Below are positions 11,635 to 23,890 of a DNA stretch of 64,000 nucleotides, one piece after another (position 1 is the stretch's first letter; the number at the start of each line of letters is the position of its first letter). The DNA is from Octopus sinensis (taxonomy: Eukaryota): positions 32,301,360-32,365,359 of the forward strand of contig NC_043019.1 in assembly GCF_006345805.1 (NCBI RefSeq). The letters run 5' to 3'. The notes beneath the pieces were generated by a model. The model saw only the letters and a program-made list of their open reading frames with translations. It was not told where the DNA came from and did no database searches. Made by a program: the position numbers and the translations under genes.

Positions 11635-12591
11635 ATGTTTTTTGCTGTTCGTATTCATTAGAGAAAATTAGATTCCACCAAAATTGCTCTCAGGCCCTCA
11701 TCGTGTCAAAGGAGTTCCTCTTTCATTAATCTTTGGGCTTCTTAAATGATTCCCTATTCGTAAAGGATGTAGGATGTAGCTTGTGTTTGCTTTAATTTCG
11801 GCATCATGTCAGCCAACAGCAGGATAGGGCGGACATCATTCTCTCTCTCTCTCTGCTTTTGTGGGTGTGCCTCTATTGTGTCTATGCACAACTGTGTGCA
11901 CACACGCTCGCTTCTCTCTCTCTCTCTCTCTCCCTCTCTCTCTCTCTCCCTCTATCTATCTATCTCTCATTCTTGCTAAATATGTATGTGTATGTTTGTA
12001 TATATATGTGTGTATATACATATATGTATGTATAAAGATATATTTGCATATATTTTTATATCTATATATATATAGTTATATATGTGTATATATTTTTAGG
12101 TGTGTGTGTATATATTTATATATGTGTACACATATATAAATATGTGTACATATATATGAATATATATTTATACATATACACACACACATTTTTATTGTAT
12201 ATATGCATACATGTGTATACATATATAAATATGTGTACATATGTATGAATATATATTTACTTATATATACATAGACACACACACACACATTTATTTGTAT
12301 ATATGCATACACATGGGTGTGTGTGTGTGTACAATTATCTGTATGTCTGTAGACATGTGTGTTCCTAATTGCAAACAAGCTATATATTTTCTAAATGTTT
12401 ATGAGATTTGTCAACTCAGTATGGTAGAATTGCCTCTTGTGTTTTTTCAGCTCCGCCATTCACCCCACGACCACCACCACCAACACTGCCAGTCATTTAG
12501 TTTCATCTCCTTCAGTTAATTGTTAGGACAAATGTAAGCCATATAAAACTCTATGCCAATGTACATGTGCCTGTATGTGTGTATATATATA

Positions 12592-12673
<82 letters not shown>

Positions 12674-13685
12674 GTGTATATATATATATATATATATATA
12701 TATGAAGATTTCATTTGAATGAAACAGTTCTAGTCCTGTAGAAGTTCCTTCTATAAAATAAATATATATATATAGTGTTCTTTCTTTTTATTCTTTCACT
12801 TGTTTCAGTCATTTGACTGTGGCCATACTGGGGCACCGCCTTTAGTCAAACAAACCGACCCCATGACTTTTTCATTGCAAGCCTAATACTTATTCTATCA
12901 GTCTCATTTGCCAGACCTCTAAGCTACAGGGGACAAACAGACACACAAACATATATATATATAATTATAAATTAGGGTATCTACGAGATACCATCATGCT
13001 GAAAATAGCAGCCATGATCTGTCTCTAAAACCACCTTAATTGTCCATATCGCAAACACGCCGAGAAAACAAAGAGAGACAAGATGCTAGTAAAAAATTTT
13101 AATATAATTTTAATAATTATTACCTTTGAAGTTTATTTTTTCCATGCTGCCCACTTGACAAAATCGTTATTTTATTTTAAATTAACAATCTTATCCTTAT
13201 TTATATAAATTTATATATATATATATATATATATACTTTGATACTTTGATAGGTTTCGGTCATTATTGGCTCAGGCCATGTCTAACTTAATAGCACCACC
13301 TGGTGCTATATATATATATGATGGGCTTGTTTCAGTTTCTGTCTACCAAACTCACTCACAAGTCTTTGGTCAGCCCAAGGCTATAGAGGACACTTGCCCA
13401 CGGTGCCATGCAAGATATATATATATATATATGTAACAACAGAAGAGTGAGAAAATTTGCTATATATAAAAAATTTCAAATGCTAGATGTATATCTCAAT
13501 CAAACTGAAATATCTATATACATGCATTTGATTAGTAGTTCTCAACCAGGGTTCGTATGGCCCTTAGGGAGTCCGCATAAGATTTTGTTGTTAAAATTTA
13601 TGTGCAATAATTTAGTTGTACATACTTTTGTACAATACCCAAAATATTTTAACTATATTCCTGATAATATTTAATTGTAAAAATA

Positions 13686-14064
13686 CAAGGGCTACTGAAA
13701 AGTTTCTGGTTTCAGTTTTTGTAAGCCCTGTAAGAGAACTCAGAAGATTGGGCCTCCAACCAGGCCCTTTCATGATACTCTTAAAGCCAGGAACTTCTCA
13801 GCACCCCTTTAATAGGTATATGTGTGTATGCACACACACACACACACACACAAGGGGGTGATGAAAAGTTCCTGGCTTTGGGTAAAAGAAAATATGGGAG
13901 GATCAGTTAATTATGATTTTATTGAACGTATTCCCCTCTCAGATTCACACACTTATTTCAGTGGTCCTTCAGTTTTTCTAAGCCCTGTAAAAGAACTTGG
14001 AAGTTTGGGCCTCCAACTAGGCTTTTCATGAAACCCTTAAAGCCAGGAATCTTTGAACCTCCCC
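13686..14064 (+). mobile_element. Two adjacent mariner-type MITEs (13686-13810 internally deleted; 13851-14064)
   Basis: TIR-like ends gggggtgatgaaaagttcctggcttt / aaagccaggaa...cccc; a reverse copy lies at ~28520-28700. Confidence 0.7.
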
Positions 14065-14211
14065 AACCCCACCACCACATATAATAGGATTTGCTTGAAA
14101 CATTGTATGGCTATGAGGGTCTATCCAAATAAAATGGGGAACAAAGGACTCCTTAGGTAAAAAGTGGTTTTATATATATTTATATATATATATAATGTGG
14201 GTGGGTGGGTG

Positions 14212-14497
14212 GAGGTGCAATGGCTCAGTGGTTAAGGCAGTGAATTCGCAGTTTCAATTCCCAGACCGGGCGTTGTGAGTGTTTATTGAGCGAAAACACC
14301 TAAAGCTCCACAAGGCTCTGATAGAGGGTGATGGTGATCCCTGCTGTATTCTTTCACCACAACTTTCTCTCACTCTTTCTTCTGTTGGCCTACTTGCTTA
14401 GCCAGCGGGGCGGTGTCATTTGAAGGCTAAAACAATGCGAAGCACATTGTGACCAGCGATGTGTACCAACATCTGATGTCCTGGTCGGTGACGTGAT
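14212..14497 (+). mobile_element. SINE family C, tail type 1
   Basis: Homologous to 3212-3503 through ggtcggt(c/g)acgtgat. Confidence 0.85.
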
Positions 14498-15277
14498 ATA
14501 TATATATATATGGATGTATATGTAATGGGCTTTCACCCAGTTTCCATTTATCAATTTCTCTCATACCAAGTCTTGGTCAGCCTAAGGCTGTAGTTGCAAA
14601 GGCAAGCTTCTTAATTGCAATGGCCTTAATCACATCTTTAACTGGCATCAGTTTTAATAAAAAGTAACAATTCCTGTTAATTCAATGCACACTTAAATGG
14701 CCGAGTACTCCACAGACACATGTATTGTGTTAAAGTAATCCTTGGACTGAATCGGTGACAAGGTCAATGTGAGTGATGAGGGTGGATCTTGGAAATGTCG
14801 ATAAAAATCCATCCAAGAGGGTTTCCATCCACATTATTTCCATTCATCCAGTTTTGCTAACGAGGCTTGGGTTAGTAGTCCTTGGTGTCCACTCGGACCT
14901 CGTTAGTACCTTCAAGAAGGTGATAACAGTGGCAGCTGTTGTTAGTGTTTCTAACATCATCCATCAACACAGTACCATTGGCATTATGGAGTGGAGGAGT
15001 TTTTAAGTTTCCAGTGGATGGTTTTCAGTGAACTGTGGCTACTGGAACACCTGTTCTCTCTTCCTCATCATCGTCATCTCCCTCTCTCTCTCTCTTTCTC
15101 TATCTCTTTCGTCCTCCTCGTCATCTCTCTCTCCTCCCCTCTCTCATAATCATGTTACTCTGCAAGACTAGATAAAATGTTTTCACATACAGAAGTTATC
15201 TTTCCAAATCCTTCACTCTCTCTCTCTCTAATTCTGTTTGTTTCCCTTGTGTGTGTATGCACATACATACATACATA

Positions 15278-15487
15278 CATATACATATATACATGGGAGA
15301 CAGTGTGTGTGTGTACACACACACATAGATATACATACATATATATATAATATATATATATATACACACACACATACATATACATACATCTATATATGTA
15401 TGTATATATATATATATATATATGGTGTATATATATATATATATGTGTGTACACACACACACTGTCTCCCATGTATATATGTATATG
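15278..15487. repeat. Perfect 43-bp inverted repeat in a (AT)/(AC) microsatellite field
   Basis: 15278-15320 versus 15445-15487, with unique core catgggagacagt. Confidence 0.9.
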
Positions 15488-15554
15488 TTATTATGTGCAT
15501 ACACACACATATATTGTATATACATCATACATACATATATATATATATTATATA

Positions 15555-15612
<58 letters not shown>

Positions 15613-16771
15613 CATACATACATACATATATAGATAGATATGCTAGTGTAGATATAGACACATACATGCACATACACAAATGTCTGTCTGTCTCTCTCAT
15701 GGCTTGTATTGTCTTCATACATCATTATTCTTCTTCTTCTCCACTGCATTCTCTTCTCTCTCTCTCTTTCATATTCATCTCCTCCTCCCTCTCCTCTGTG
15801 TGTTCATGAAGATGTCCCATTCTTACCCCCCCCCCACCAACCACCACAATATCCAACTGATTTATAAGTCTTTATTTTTTTACCTTCATTCTTTCTGCTG
15901 CTTTCTTTTCCCCCCTTTCTTCTCTCCCATTCCCCCCCCCCACCCCACCCCGGTCCCTTTTGCCACCATTTAAGTAAGACAACACAAAAGAAGGCAGCCA
16001 GCCAGCCCCTTCTTTTTCTCCCCTCCTTTACTGTTTATTGGGATGTTTTAAAGTCCTGTCTCTGTCTGTCTGTCTGTGTGTGAAATATCTTCTCTAGACA
16101 TCCATAAATCACAGTCCTTTCTTTTTCTCCCCCCCCCCCCGGTTCCCTCTTTCTCTCTCTCTCTCTCTATCTCTCTGGCATGACTGGCTGGGTTTGGAGA
16201 AAAGAAAGAGAGCTTGTTCCTTTGTGCCTCAGAAAACTAGCAGTGCTCTCTCTTTTTCTCTCTCTCTCCTTACTCCTATCTTCTTTCTATCTGTGTCTCT
16301 CTCTCTCTCTCTCATTCTCGTTCTTCCCTCTGTCTTTCCTTTTCTTCCTCTGACTTAGTCCAGCTCTCTTTTTCTCTCTCGTTTCTCCCATCTTCTTTCT
16401 ATCTGTCTGTCTCTCATTCCTCTGTTCTTCCCTCTGTCTTTCCTTTTCCTTCCTCAGACTTTGTCCAATAATCTGTGAGTGAGCTCCACAACACTGCAAC
16501 AAATCAAGAGAAAGAAGACAATCTGGGTGTTCAGCAGCGTTAGGGAGAGCTGCTGCATAAGGGAACTAGGGAACAGGATTGGCAGCAGCGAATGCAAACA
16601 CACACACACACAATCACACACGCGTATTAACAGAGAGGCTGGAAGAATGAATCCCCTGTGTCCAATAACAACGGTATCTCCTCTTATGTCTCTGTTTACG
16701 TCCCTATAAGAAGGCAGTCCACACAACCTAAAAGATGCTGTGTGCCCTGGAACATTGGCCAATCTACTTCT

Positions 16772-17015
16772 ACCGTTCATTACTCCCTCTATCCCATAAC
16801 TAGGTCCCTAGTTTTGTTGAGACTAATATTAAACCCCAGATAAATTTCCATTAGTCAACTTGGGAATAATGTTATTTATTCTTCTGGTGTAGCTGTGTAG
16901 CAAGAAACCGTTCATTACTCCCTCTATCCCATAACTAGGTCCCTAGTTTTGTTAAGACTAATATTAAACCCAGATAAATGTTATTTATTCTTCTGGCGTA
17001 GCTGTGTAGCAAGAA
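16772..17015. repeat. Local tandem duplication (135 bp plus internally deleted 109-bp copy)
   Basis: accgttcattactccctctatcccataactaggtccc... at 16772 and 16907. Confidence 0.92.
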
Positions 17016-18065
17016 GTTTGTTTTCGATTCATTTGGTCAGTCCCATATTAGGCAAAGTATCTTCCACTGTAGCCCTGACCCAGTGATAGTACCAGTTACG
17101 TACTGAGCTCGATGTAATCACCTGACCACCTCCCCCAAATTTTAGGCCTTGTGGCTTTTGATAGAAAGAGGTATTGCAAGTTTAGTGAAAGGTGGATAAA
17201 TGTCGCAAGAATGGCCAGTATGGAAAGAGCCATTCTGAGGATACACCTGTAATTTAAAAAGGTATTGCAAAAGGAGAAAGGAGCTCTCTACCCCCCTTTT
17301 GACCAGGCTCCCATGGCTTTTATGGGTTTTTCCACCAGGAACCTTTCGTAATGCCTCCCCCTATTGGTAATTTTCCGTTGTTACACTGTTTTTACACGTT
17401 TTTTTACAAACGGACAAAACCCTTTGTAACCTTTCATCCTGTTTTGTCCCTTTATGTTATAATTAATTTTTGTCAGCCCTTGTGGCCAATAAAAGAATTA
17501 AGTATTATTATTATTATCGTTATTATTATTATTATGGTAGCAAGGTGGTAGAATTATTAACATGCCATCGCTTGACAACCGATGTTGGTGTGCTTATGTC
17601 CCCCATCACTTAGCAGTTCAGCAAAAAGATAGTGGTAGAATAAGTACTAGGCTTACAAAGTATAAGTCCTGGGGGTTGATTTATTCGACTAAAGGTGGTG
17701 CTCCAGACTGGCCACAGTCAGATGACTGAAACAAGTAAAAGAATAAAAGAATGCCAGGCAAAAAATGATTGGCTTTGCTTTCTATCTTTTGGGGTCACTT
17801 GTTTAAGTACCAGCAGAGGACTTGGGATCGGTGTAATCAACAGCCCCACTCCCTTAGAATTTCAGGCCTTATGCTTAGTGTAGAAAGGATTATTATTATT
17901 AATACATTGTTGTTGTGATTATTTTTATTATTGTTATTTTCATTATTTTGTCCTCCTCACCTCTTCTTCACTGGCAAGTTACCTTGCATTCTCCAAGACA
18001 CCTCATTTTTGTTCTGTGTTGGAAAATTTCTATAATATTTTATCTGCTTTGTCTTTTAATTCTAG

Positions 18066-18121
18066 GCTCTGGATCCAGTATCACCAATCCAACATCAGCA
18101 CTCGGCTATACTTCACAACAG
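18066..18121 (+). CDS. eya: eya exon, (G)SGSSITNPTSALGYTSQQ
   Basis: Acceptor tcttttaattctag, donor CAG|gtcagt, 56 nt, phase 1-0. Ends in SQQ like the EYA segment preceding the Tyr-rich exon, and its phase fits 19825. Confidence 0.8.
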
Positions 18122-18557
18122 GTCAGTATAAACAGGAAAAAATAACTCATATAAATTGTTGTTTATTATCATTATTATTATTATTATATTATTATTATTA
18201 TTGTTTATGGGTTTTTCTTCTTTCAAATTTGCTTCTATTTCTTGCCGAGTGTCTTCCCGACTCCTAGAGCAAAGAAACTCATAGTATACATTGGTAGGCC
18301 ATTAAACTAAACTCACTAGTTCGTTCATTTTTTTTTTTTTTCTATTGAAATAAAGTTAAATTAAAATACATGGGTAGTGATAGTTCTCACATCAACAACG
18401 CTCTTCTCAATACGTGTAATGTACCAGTTAACACAATCTTTTGCACTTCATTATTATTATTATTATTATTAAAGTAGCGAGCTGGCAGAATCTGGATCTT
18501 TCCACTGTCCCCAAGGGGAGGCAGAGGGCAGTACTGCCCACTTAGGGAATCACTGGG

Positions 18558-18768
18558 TTAACCCTTTCGTTACTATATTTATTTTGAGATGCTCTGTATT
18601 TCTTTCAATTACTTTAAATATAACAAATCACTTATCATTCAGCTAGTGTTAGAAACAGAAATTGTGACTAAGGTTTGGTGGAAGATTTTAATTCAAAACT
18701 TATGGAAACAAGACACTTGCACTCAGAGCCAGAAGCGGTTTCAGCCAGGTTGGTAATGAAAGGGTTAA
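18558..18768 (+). mobile_element. piggyBac-type (TTAA) MITE family 2
   Basis: ttaa|ccctttcgttac ... gtaatgaaaggg|ttaa; homologous to 23441-23664. Confidence 0.8.
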
Positions 18769-19208
18769 ACTGCGAGTTGTGGTTTGATAACATGATGCAG
18801 TCCTTCAAACTAATGAATCCTGCCAAACCATCCAGCCAACGCCAGTATGGAACATGGAATTTAAATGATGAGGATGACAGTATAAACACATGTATGCTTG
18901 CTTGTCTGTCAAAGAAACTCATTGCTAAAGAGGAGCGGTATAGCACTTAAGACATTAACAGCTAGTTGGGTAGACAACAACTTTGGTAGTTGAAGTGTCT
19001 TGGTTGGCTCCAGGCATCATCTATAGAGCCAATGGTCAACTACAAAGTACCACTCTGCCAACTTGACCCTCTTTGGTCTCATTAAAGTTGCAGAGGTCGC
19101 TATTAATTAAGACATTGGTGGAAGTACATGTGGCTACTTCTACAACTTTAATAGCCAAGAATTTTTTTGTTATTATTATTATTATTGTTACTGTTGTTGT
19201 TATCATAA

Positions 19209-19661
19209 AGATGGCAAGCTGGTAGAATGGTTAGCATGCCTGGCAAAATGCTTAGCGCCAGTTCTTCTGTCTTTACATTCTGAGTTCAAATTCCGTCCAG
19301 GTTCATTTTGCCTTTCATCCTTTTGGGGGTCATAAAATAAGTACTAGTTGATCACGGAGGTCAATGTAATTGACTTACCCCTCCCCCCAAACTGTGCCAA
19401 AATTTGAAATCATTATTATTATTATTATTTAGGGCGGCGAGCTGGCAGAATTGTTAGCATGCCGGGCGAATTGCTTAGCGGTATTTTGTCTGCTGCTACG
19501 TTCTGAGTTCAAATTCCGCCGAGGTTGACTTTCCCTTTCGTCCTTTCGGAGTCGATAAATTAAGTACCAGTTACGCACTGGGGTCGATGTAATCGACTTA
19601 ATCCGTTTGTCTGTCCTTGTTTGTCCCCTCTGTGTTTAGCCCCTTGTGGGTAGTAAAGAAA
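19209..19661 (+). mobile_element. Two head-to-tail SINE family B copies
   Basis: ggcgagctggcagaa head, gagttcaaattcc B-box, gactttgcctttcatcctttcggggtcgataaa central block; each copy follows (ATT)n. Confidence 0.88.
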
Positions 19662-19824
19662 CAAATTATTATTATTATTATTATTTATTAAAATTATTAG
19701 TTTGAACTCTTCAAAATTTTCTTCATTTTCTGAATGTTCAGAATTCTATCTCTGTCAATTCCATTTTACTTTTTTCTTGTTTCATTCTTTATGATTTATT
19801 ATTATTGTTGTCTTTTTCTTCTAG

Positions 19825-19981
19825 AATTTAGATGCTTATTCTACATACCAAGGGTACCAGCCTAGCTATTACGGTGGCTATGGGTTCATAAGCAACCAGT
19901 CCGTAGTGGGAGTGACGACACCAACAACAGTGCCTTCAAACACACCCACTTACCAACTGGTGGAGTTACCACAACCTCAGA
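19825..19981 (+). CDS. eya: eya exon, transactivation region, NLDAYSTYQGYQPSYYGGYGFISNQSVVGVTTPTTVPSNTPTYQLVELPQPQ
   Basis: Acceptor tctttttcttctag, donor A|gtaagt, 157 nt, phase 0-1, stop-free. Tyr-rich with the EYA-family TYQL motif. Confidence 0.87.
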
Positions 19982-20060
19982 GTAAGTATCAATACACACA
20001 CACACACACACATATACACACGTTATGTATATTATATACATTATCTATATATGATGTGTA

Positions 20061-20284
20061 GGTGGTGAGCTGGCAGAAATGTTAGCGCGCCAGGCGAAGT
20101 GCTTAGCAGTATTTCGTCTACATTCTGAGTTCAAATTCCACCGAGGTAGACTTTGCCATTCATCCTCTCGGGGTCGATAAATAAAGTACCAGTTACGCAC
20201 TGGAGTCGATGTAATCGACTTAATCCGTTTGTCTGTCCTTGTTTGTCTCCTCTATGTTTAGCCCCTTGTGGGTAGTAAAGAAAT
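20061..20284 (+). mobile_element. SINE family B with ~15-bp TSD
   Basis: tatatatgatgtgta on both sides. Confidence 0.9.
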
Positions 20285-20808
20285 ATATATATATGATGTG
20301 TATGTTATATATATAATGTTTATATGTTATATACTGTATATATAGATATATAATGTACATGTTACATATTTTATCTAGTTATTTATTATATACATTGTGT
20401 ATGTGTGTGTATAATTAGATATTGCATTATTTGTTAATTAGTGTATTTGTATCAGAGATGTAGTTTGTGAAATAATTTCATCTGTGATGAAGTAGTAAAG
20501 AAAAGAGGGATGGCGGACAGAGATTTGACTCCCTAATGTTTTATAGTTAGTTTGTATGTTTAATTTAAAAAAAAAAAAACAGAATTAATAAATGGTTGTA
20601 TTTTTTGCCCATGCTGGAGTATTGCTGCAATATGTTCTACATTGTGTGTGTGTGTATTTAAAAGATGTGAAATTGCTTTAACTGGGAGAGAGAGAGAGAG
20701 AAGGCTAGAGTAAGGGAGCTTAGCTAAATGATTTATGTGGATCTTTTCAACCTTTTAATTGTGAAATTAAATTTTATGGTTATTCAAGGAATGATGTTTA
20801 ATATCATA

Positions 20809-21240
20809 GGCGTAGGAGTGGCTGTGTGGTACGTAGCTTGTTTGCGAACCTCGCAGTTCCGGGTTCAGTCCCACTGCGTGGCACCCTGCGCAAGTGTCTC
20901 CTACTATAGCCTCGGGTCGACCAAAGCCTTGTGAGTGGATTTGGTAGACGGAAACTGAAAGAAGCCCGTCGTATATATATGTGTGTGTGTGTATGTGTGT
21001 ATATATATGTGTCTGTGTTTGTGTATATCTGTGTCTGTGTTTGTCCCCCCCCCCCAACATCGCTTGACAACCGATGCTGGTGTGTTTACGTCACCATAAC
21101 TTAGCGGTTCGGCAAAAGCGACTGATAGAATAAGTACTCGGTTTACAATGAATAAGTCCTGGTGTCGATTTGCTCGACTAAAGGTGGTGTTCCAGCATGG
21201 CCACAGTCAAATGACTGAAACAAGTAAAATAGTAAAAATA
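20809..21240 (+). mobile_element. SINE family A, full length
   Basis: Family A consensus. Confidence 0.9.
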
Positions 21241-22076
21241 GTATCTATCAAAAAAAAATAGAATTGGTATTTTCTGCAAGACACATTGCTTCAGTAAACC
21301 TGGCATATCTTGACACAACGGAAAATAATTTCAAATTCGACATTCTTCAACAAACAATAGAATGGTACTCAAAATTGCTTTCTGCAGTTGAAGATATTTG
21401 GAGTGAATATATCTGGTTTCCATCGTAAAAGGGAAATAAGAATTTGAAATTGTCTTTGAGGATCGATAAATACCAATCCAGAATTGAGGGTTGGGAGTGG
21501 AAAAATCTGATTTCTGCAGTAAAAGGGTTATATTAAAAGTAGGGGACATTGGATAATGTTATCCTGAATTCAGTGTGTCTGGAAAAAAGTAGGACAGTCA
21601 TGGTTGGAATATCTTTGATTACAGGTTTGACAAGGTTCCTTGACCCTTTAACTGCAGAATTAAATTACATGGTTATTGCAGTATTTATGTTAAATATATC
21701 TCAGTAAACTTGATATGTCTCAACAGAAAATAGTTTCAAACACAAAATTTCTTAAGAAGAGATAGCTTGGTCTTTAAAATTGCTTTCTGCAGTTAAGGGC
21801 AATTAAATTTCGACTGGATATGTGTGGTTTCTGCAGTAAAAATAAAAATAGGGGACATTGGATAATGTGGTCCTGAATTCAGTGTGCCAGGAAGAAAGTA
21901 TGACAGTCATGGTTGATCATAGGTTCAGCGAGGTCCCTTAGTTTTTATGCTGCCAAATCAAATTTAACATAATTTTTCTAGTGATGATGTTAAATATTTA
22001 CCTAAGAAACAGAATTGGAATTTTCTGCAAGCCATGTTGCCTCAATAAACTTGACATATCTCAATAGAAAATAGTT

Positions 22077-22305
22077 TTAACCCTTTAGTGTTCACATTAT
22101 TCTGCCAAAATTAATGCTTTTACATCCTCATTGTTTTGAACTAATCATGCATTATCTTGTAGCTTTGAGATTTTGATGAGGTAGCTGTTAATTTTTAAGA
22201 TGATATTGTAGGGTTGGTGTAAGAGACCAGATATGGCCAATTTGAACATAAAACAAGCAGAATACTTTTAGCCGGATATGGACGGTTTAAATGCTAAAGA
22301 GTTAA
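22077..22305 (+). mobile_element. piggyBac-type (TTAA) MITE family 1
   Basis: ttaa|ccctttag ... ctaaagag|ttaa; homologous to 61761 and 32644. Confidence 0.8.
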
Positions 22306-22407
22306 ACATGATGTTCCTTAAGAAAAGATAGATTGGTATATGAAATTGCTTTCTGTAGTTAAGGGCAATGAAATTTTAAGTGGATATATTAGCTTTCTGT
22401 AGTGGAA

Positions 22408-22635
22408 GGTGGCGAGCTGGCAGAAGTGTTAGCACGCCGGGCGAAATGCGTTGCTGTATTTCGTCAGTCGTTACATTCTGAGTTCAAATTCCGCCGAGGT
22501 TGCTGTGCCGCTCATCCTTTCAGGGTCGATAAATAAATACCAGTTACGCACTGGGGTTGATGTAATCGACTGAATCCGTTTGCCTGTCCTTGTTTGTCCT
22601 CTCTGTGTTTAGCCCCTTGTGGGTGGTAAAGAAAT
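22408..22635 (+). mobile_element. SINE family B with 21-bp TSD
   Basis: atatattagctttctgtagtg at 22384-22404 and 22636-22656. Confidence 0.92.
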
Positions 22636-23440
22636 ATATATTAGCTTTCTGTAGTGAAAGGGTTAATATAGAAACCATTGTTTTTTTTGGGGGGGGGTGC
22701 TGAGTGTTCTTGCAATATTTCTGTGTTCTGTGTATGCGTGTAGGAAAATCGTAGCGGCAGCAGGAATTGGTAACTAAGTCTTATTGATGTTTTACTCTTG
22801 TTTTATTGAATTTCTTCTAGTAATGTGATGAATATCTAGCAATATCTTTTCGGTCATGCTACAGCACTCACTGTCTCTATATTCGATTCTGCATGTCTGT
22901 GTGCATGCATGTGTATAAATATATGCATAAGGGGCAATATTCTTGTGTTGGTATTTGTTAGTTCGTTATCATCTTCTAATTATTGGGATCACTTATTAAT
23001 TTGTGTCATGTTTTCTAGCTTACAAGTCATGTTCTAGTATTCAGGTGTAAACATTCAAACATTTTCACTATCTTTCAAAATCCTGATGCATTTCACCGTG
23101 GAATCTTAGGTTTCCCAAAGTCATCTTGAAGTATAAGTCAATGTTCTTTCTTGGTTGTAAATTTCAGTATGAAACCAAGTTGTATATATGTGTGTGTGTA
23201 TGGCCATGTGTGTGCATATGTATGCATTGGTATATGTATGCGTGTATTATATGTGTATGTATGAATGTCTCTCGATATGCATATCTATGAGCGTATATTT
23301 CTGTGTTCATGGGTTTGATGTGTATAATTATATTTTATATATATACAGATCCTCATTTTTAGCAGTCAAGTGACTGTAAAGAAATTTCATGATGAACTGA
23401 TGTCCTCTTAAACCTACACAACATTGATATTACTTCATCT

Positions 23441-23664
23441 TTAACCCTTTTATTACCATATTTCTGTTGAAATGCTCTGTGTTTCTTTCAATTAATTTCA
23501 AATATAACAAAGAATTTAGTAAAATAACTTATTTATCATTAAGCTAGTGTTAGGAACATAAATTGTGACTAAGGTTTGGTGGAAGATTTTAATTCAAAAC
23601 TTTTGAACACAACACTTCTGTATTTCAGAGCTGGTTTCAGTGGGGTTGGTATGGAAAGGGTTAA
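23441..23664 (+). mobile_element. piggyBac-type (TTAA) MITE family 2
   Basis: ttaa|cccttt ... gaaaggg|ttaa; shares aattgtgactaaggtttggtggaagattttaattcaaaact with 18558. Confidence 0.8.
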
Positions 23665-23890
23665 GGTGGTGAACTGTCAGAATCATTAGCACATAAGGCA
23701 AAATGCTTAGGGGCATTTTATCCGTCCTTATGGGTCTGAGTTCAAATTCCACTGAGGTCGACTTTGCCTTTCATCCTTTCCGGATTGATAAAATAAACAC
23801 TAGTTGAGCACTGGGGTCAGTGTAGTCGCTTAGTCCTCTCTCTTCAAATTTCAGGCCTTGTGCCTATAGCAGAAAGGGTTATCATTATTA
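23665..23890 (+). mobile_element. SINE family B
   Basis: Family B consensus abutting the MITE TTAA. Confidence 0.8.

Noticed and set aside
16634-16673. Exon candidate RGWKNESPVSNNN(G), phase 0-1, followed by GISSY in the unspliced frame
   Set aside because: Phase fits 18066, but the acceptor lacks a pyrimidine tract and the donor gtatct is weak. It cannot be supported without RNA data.
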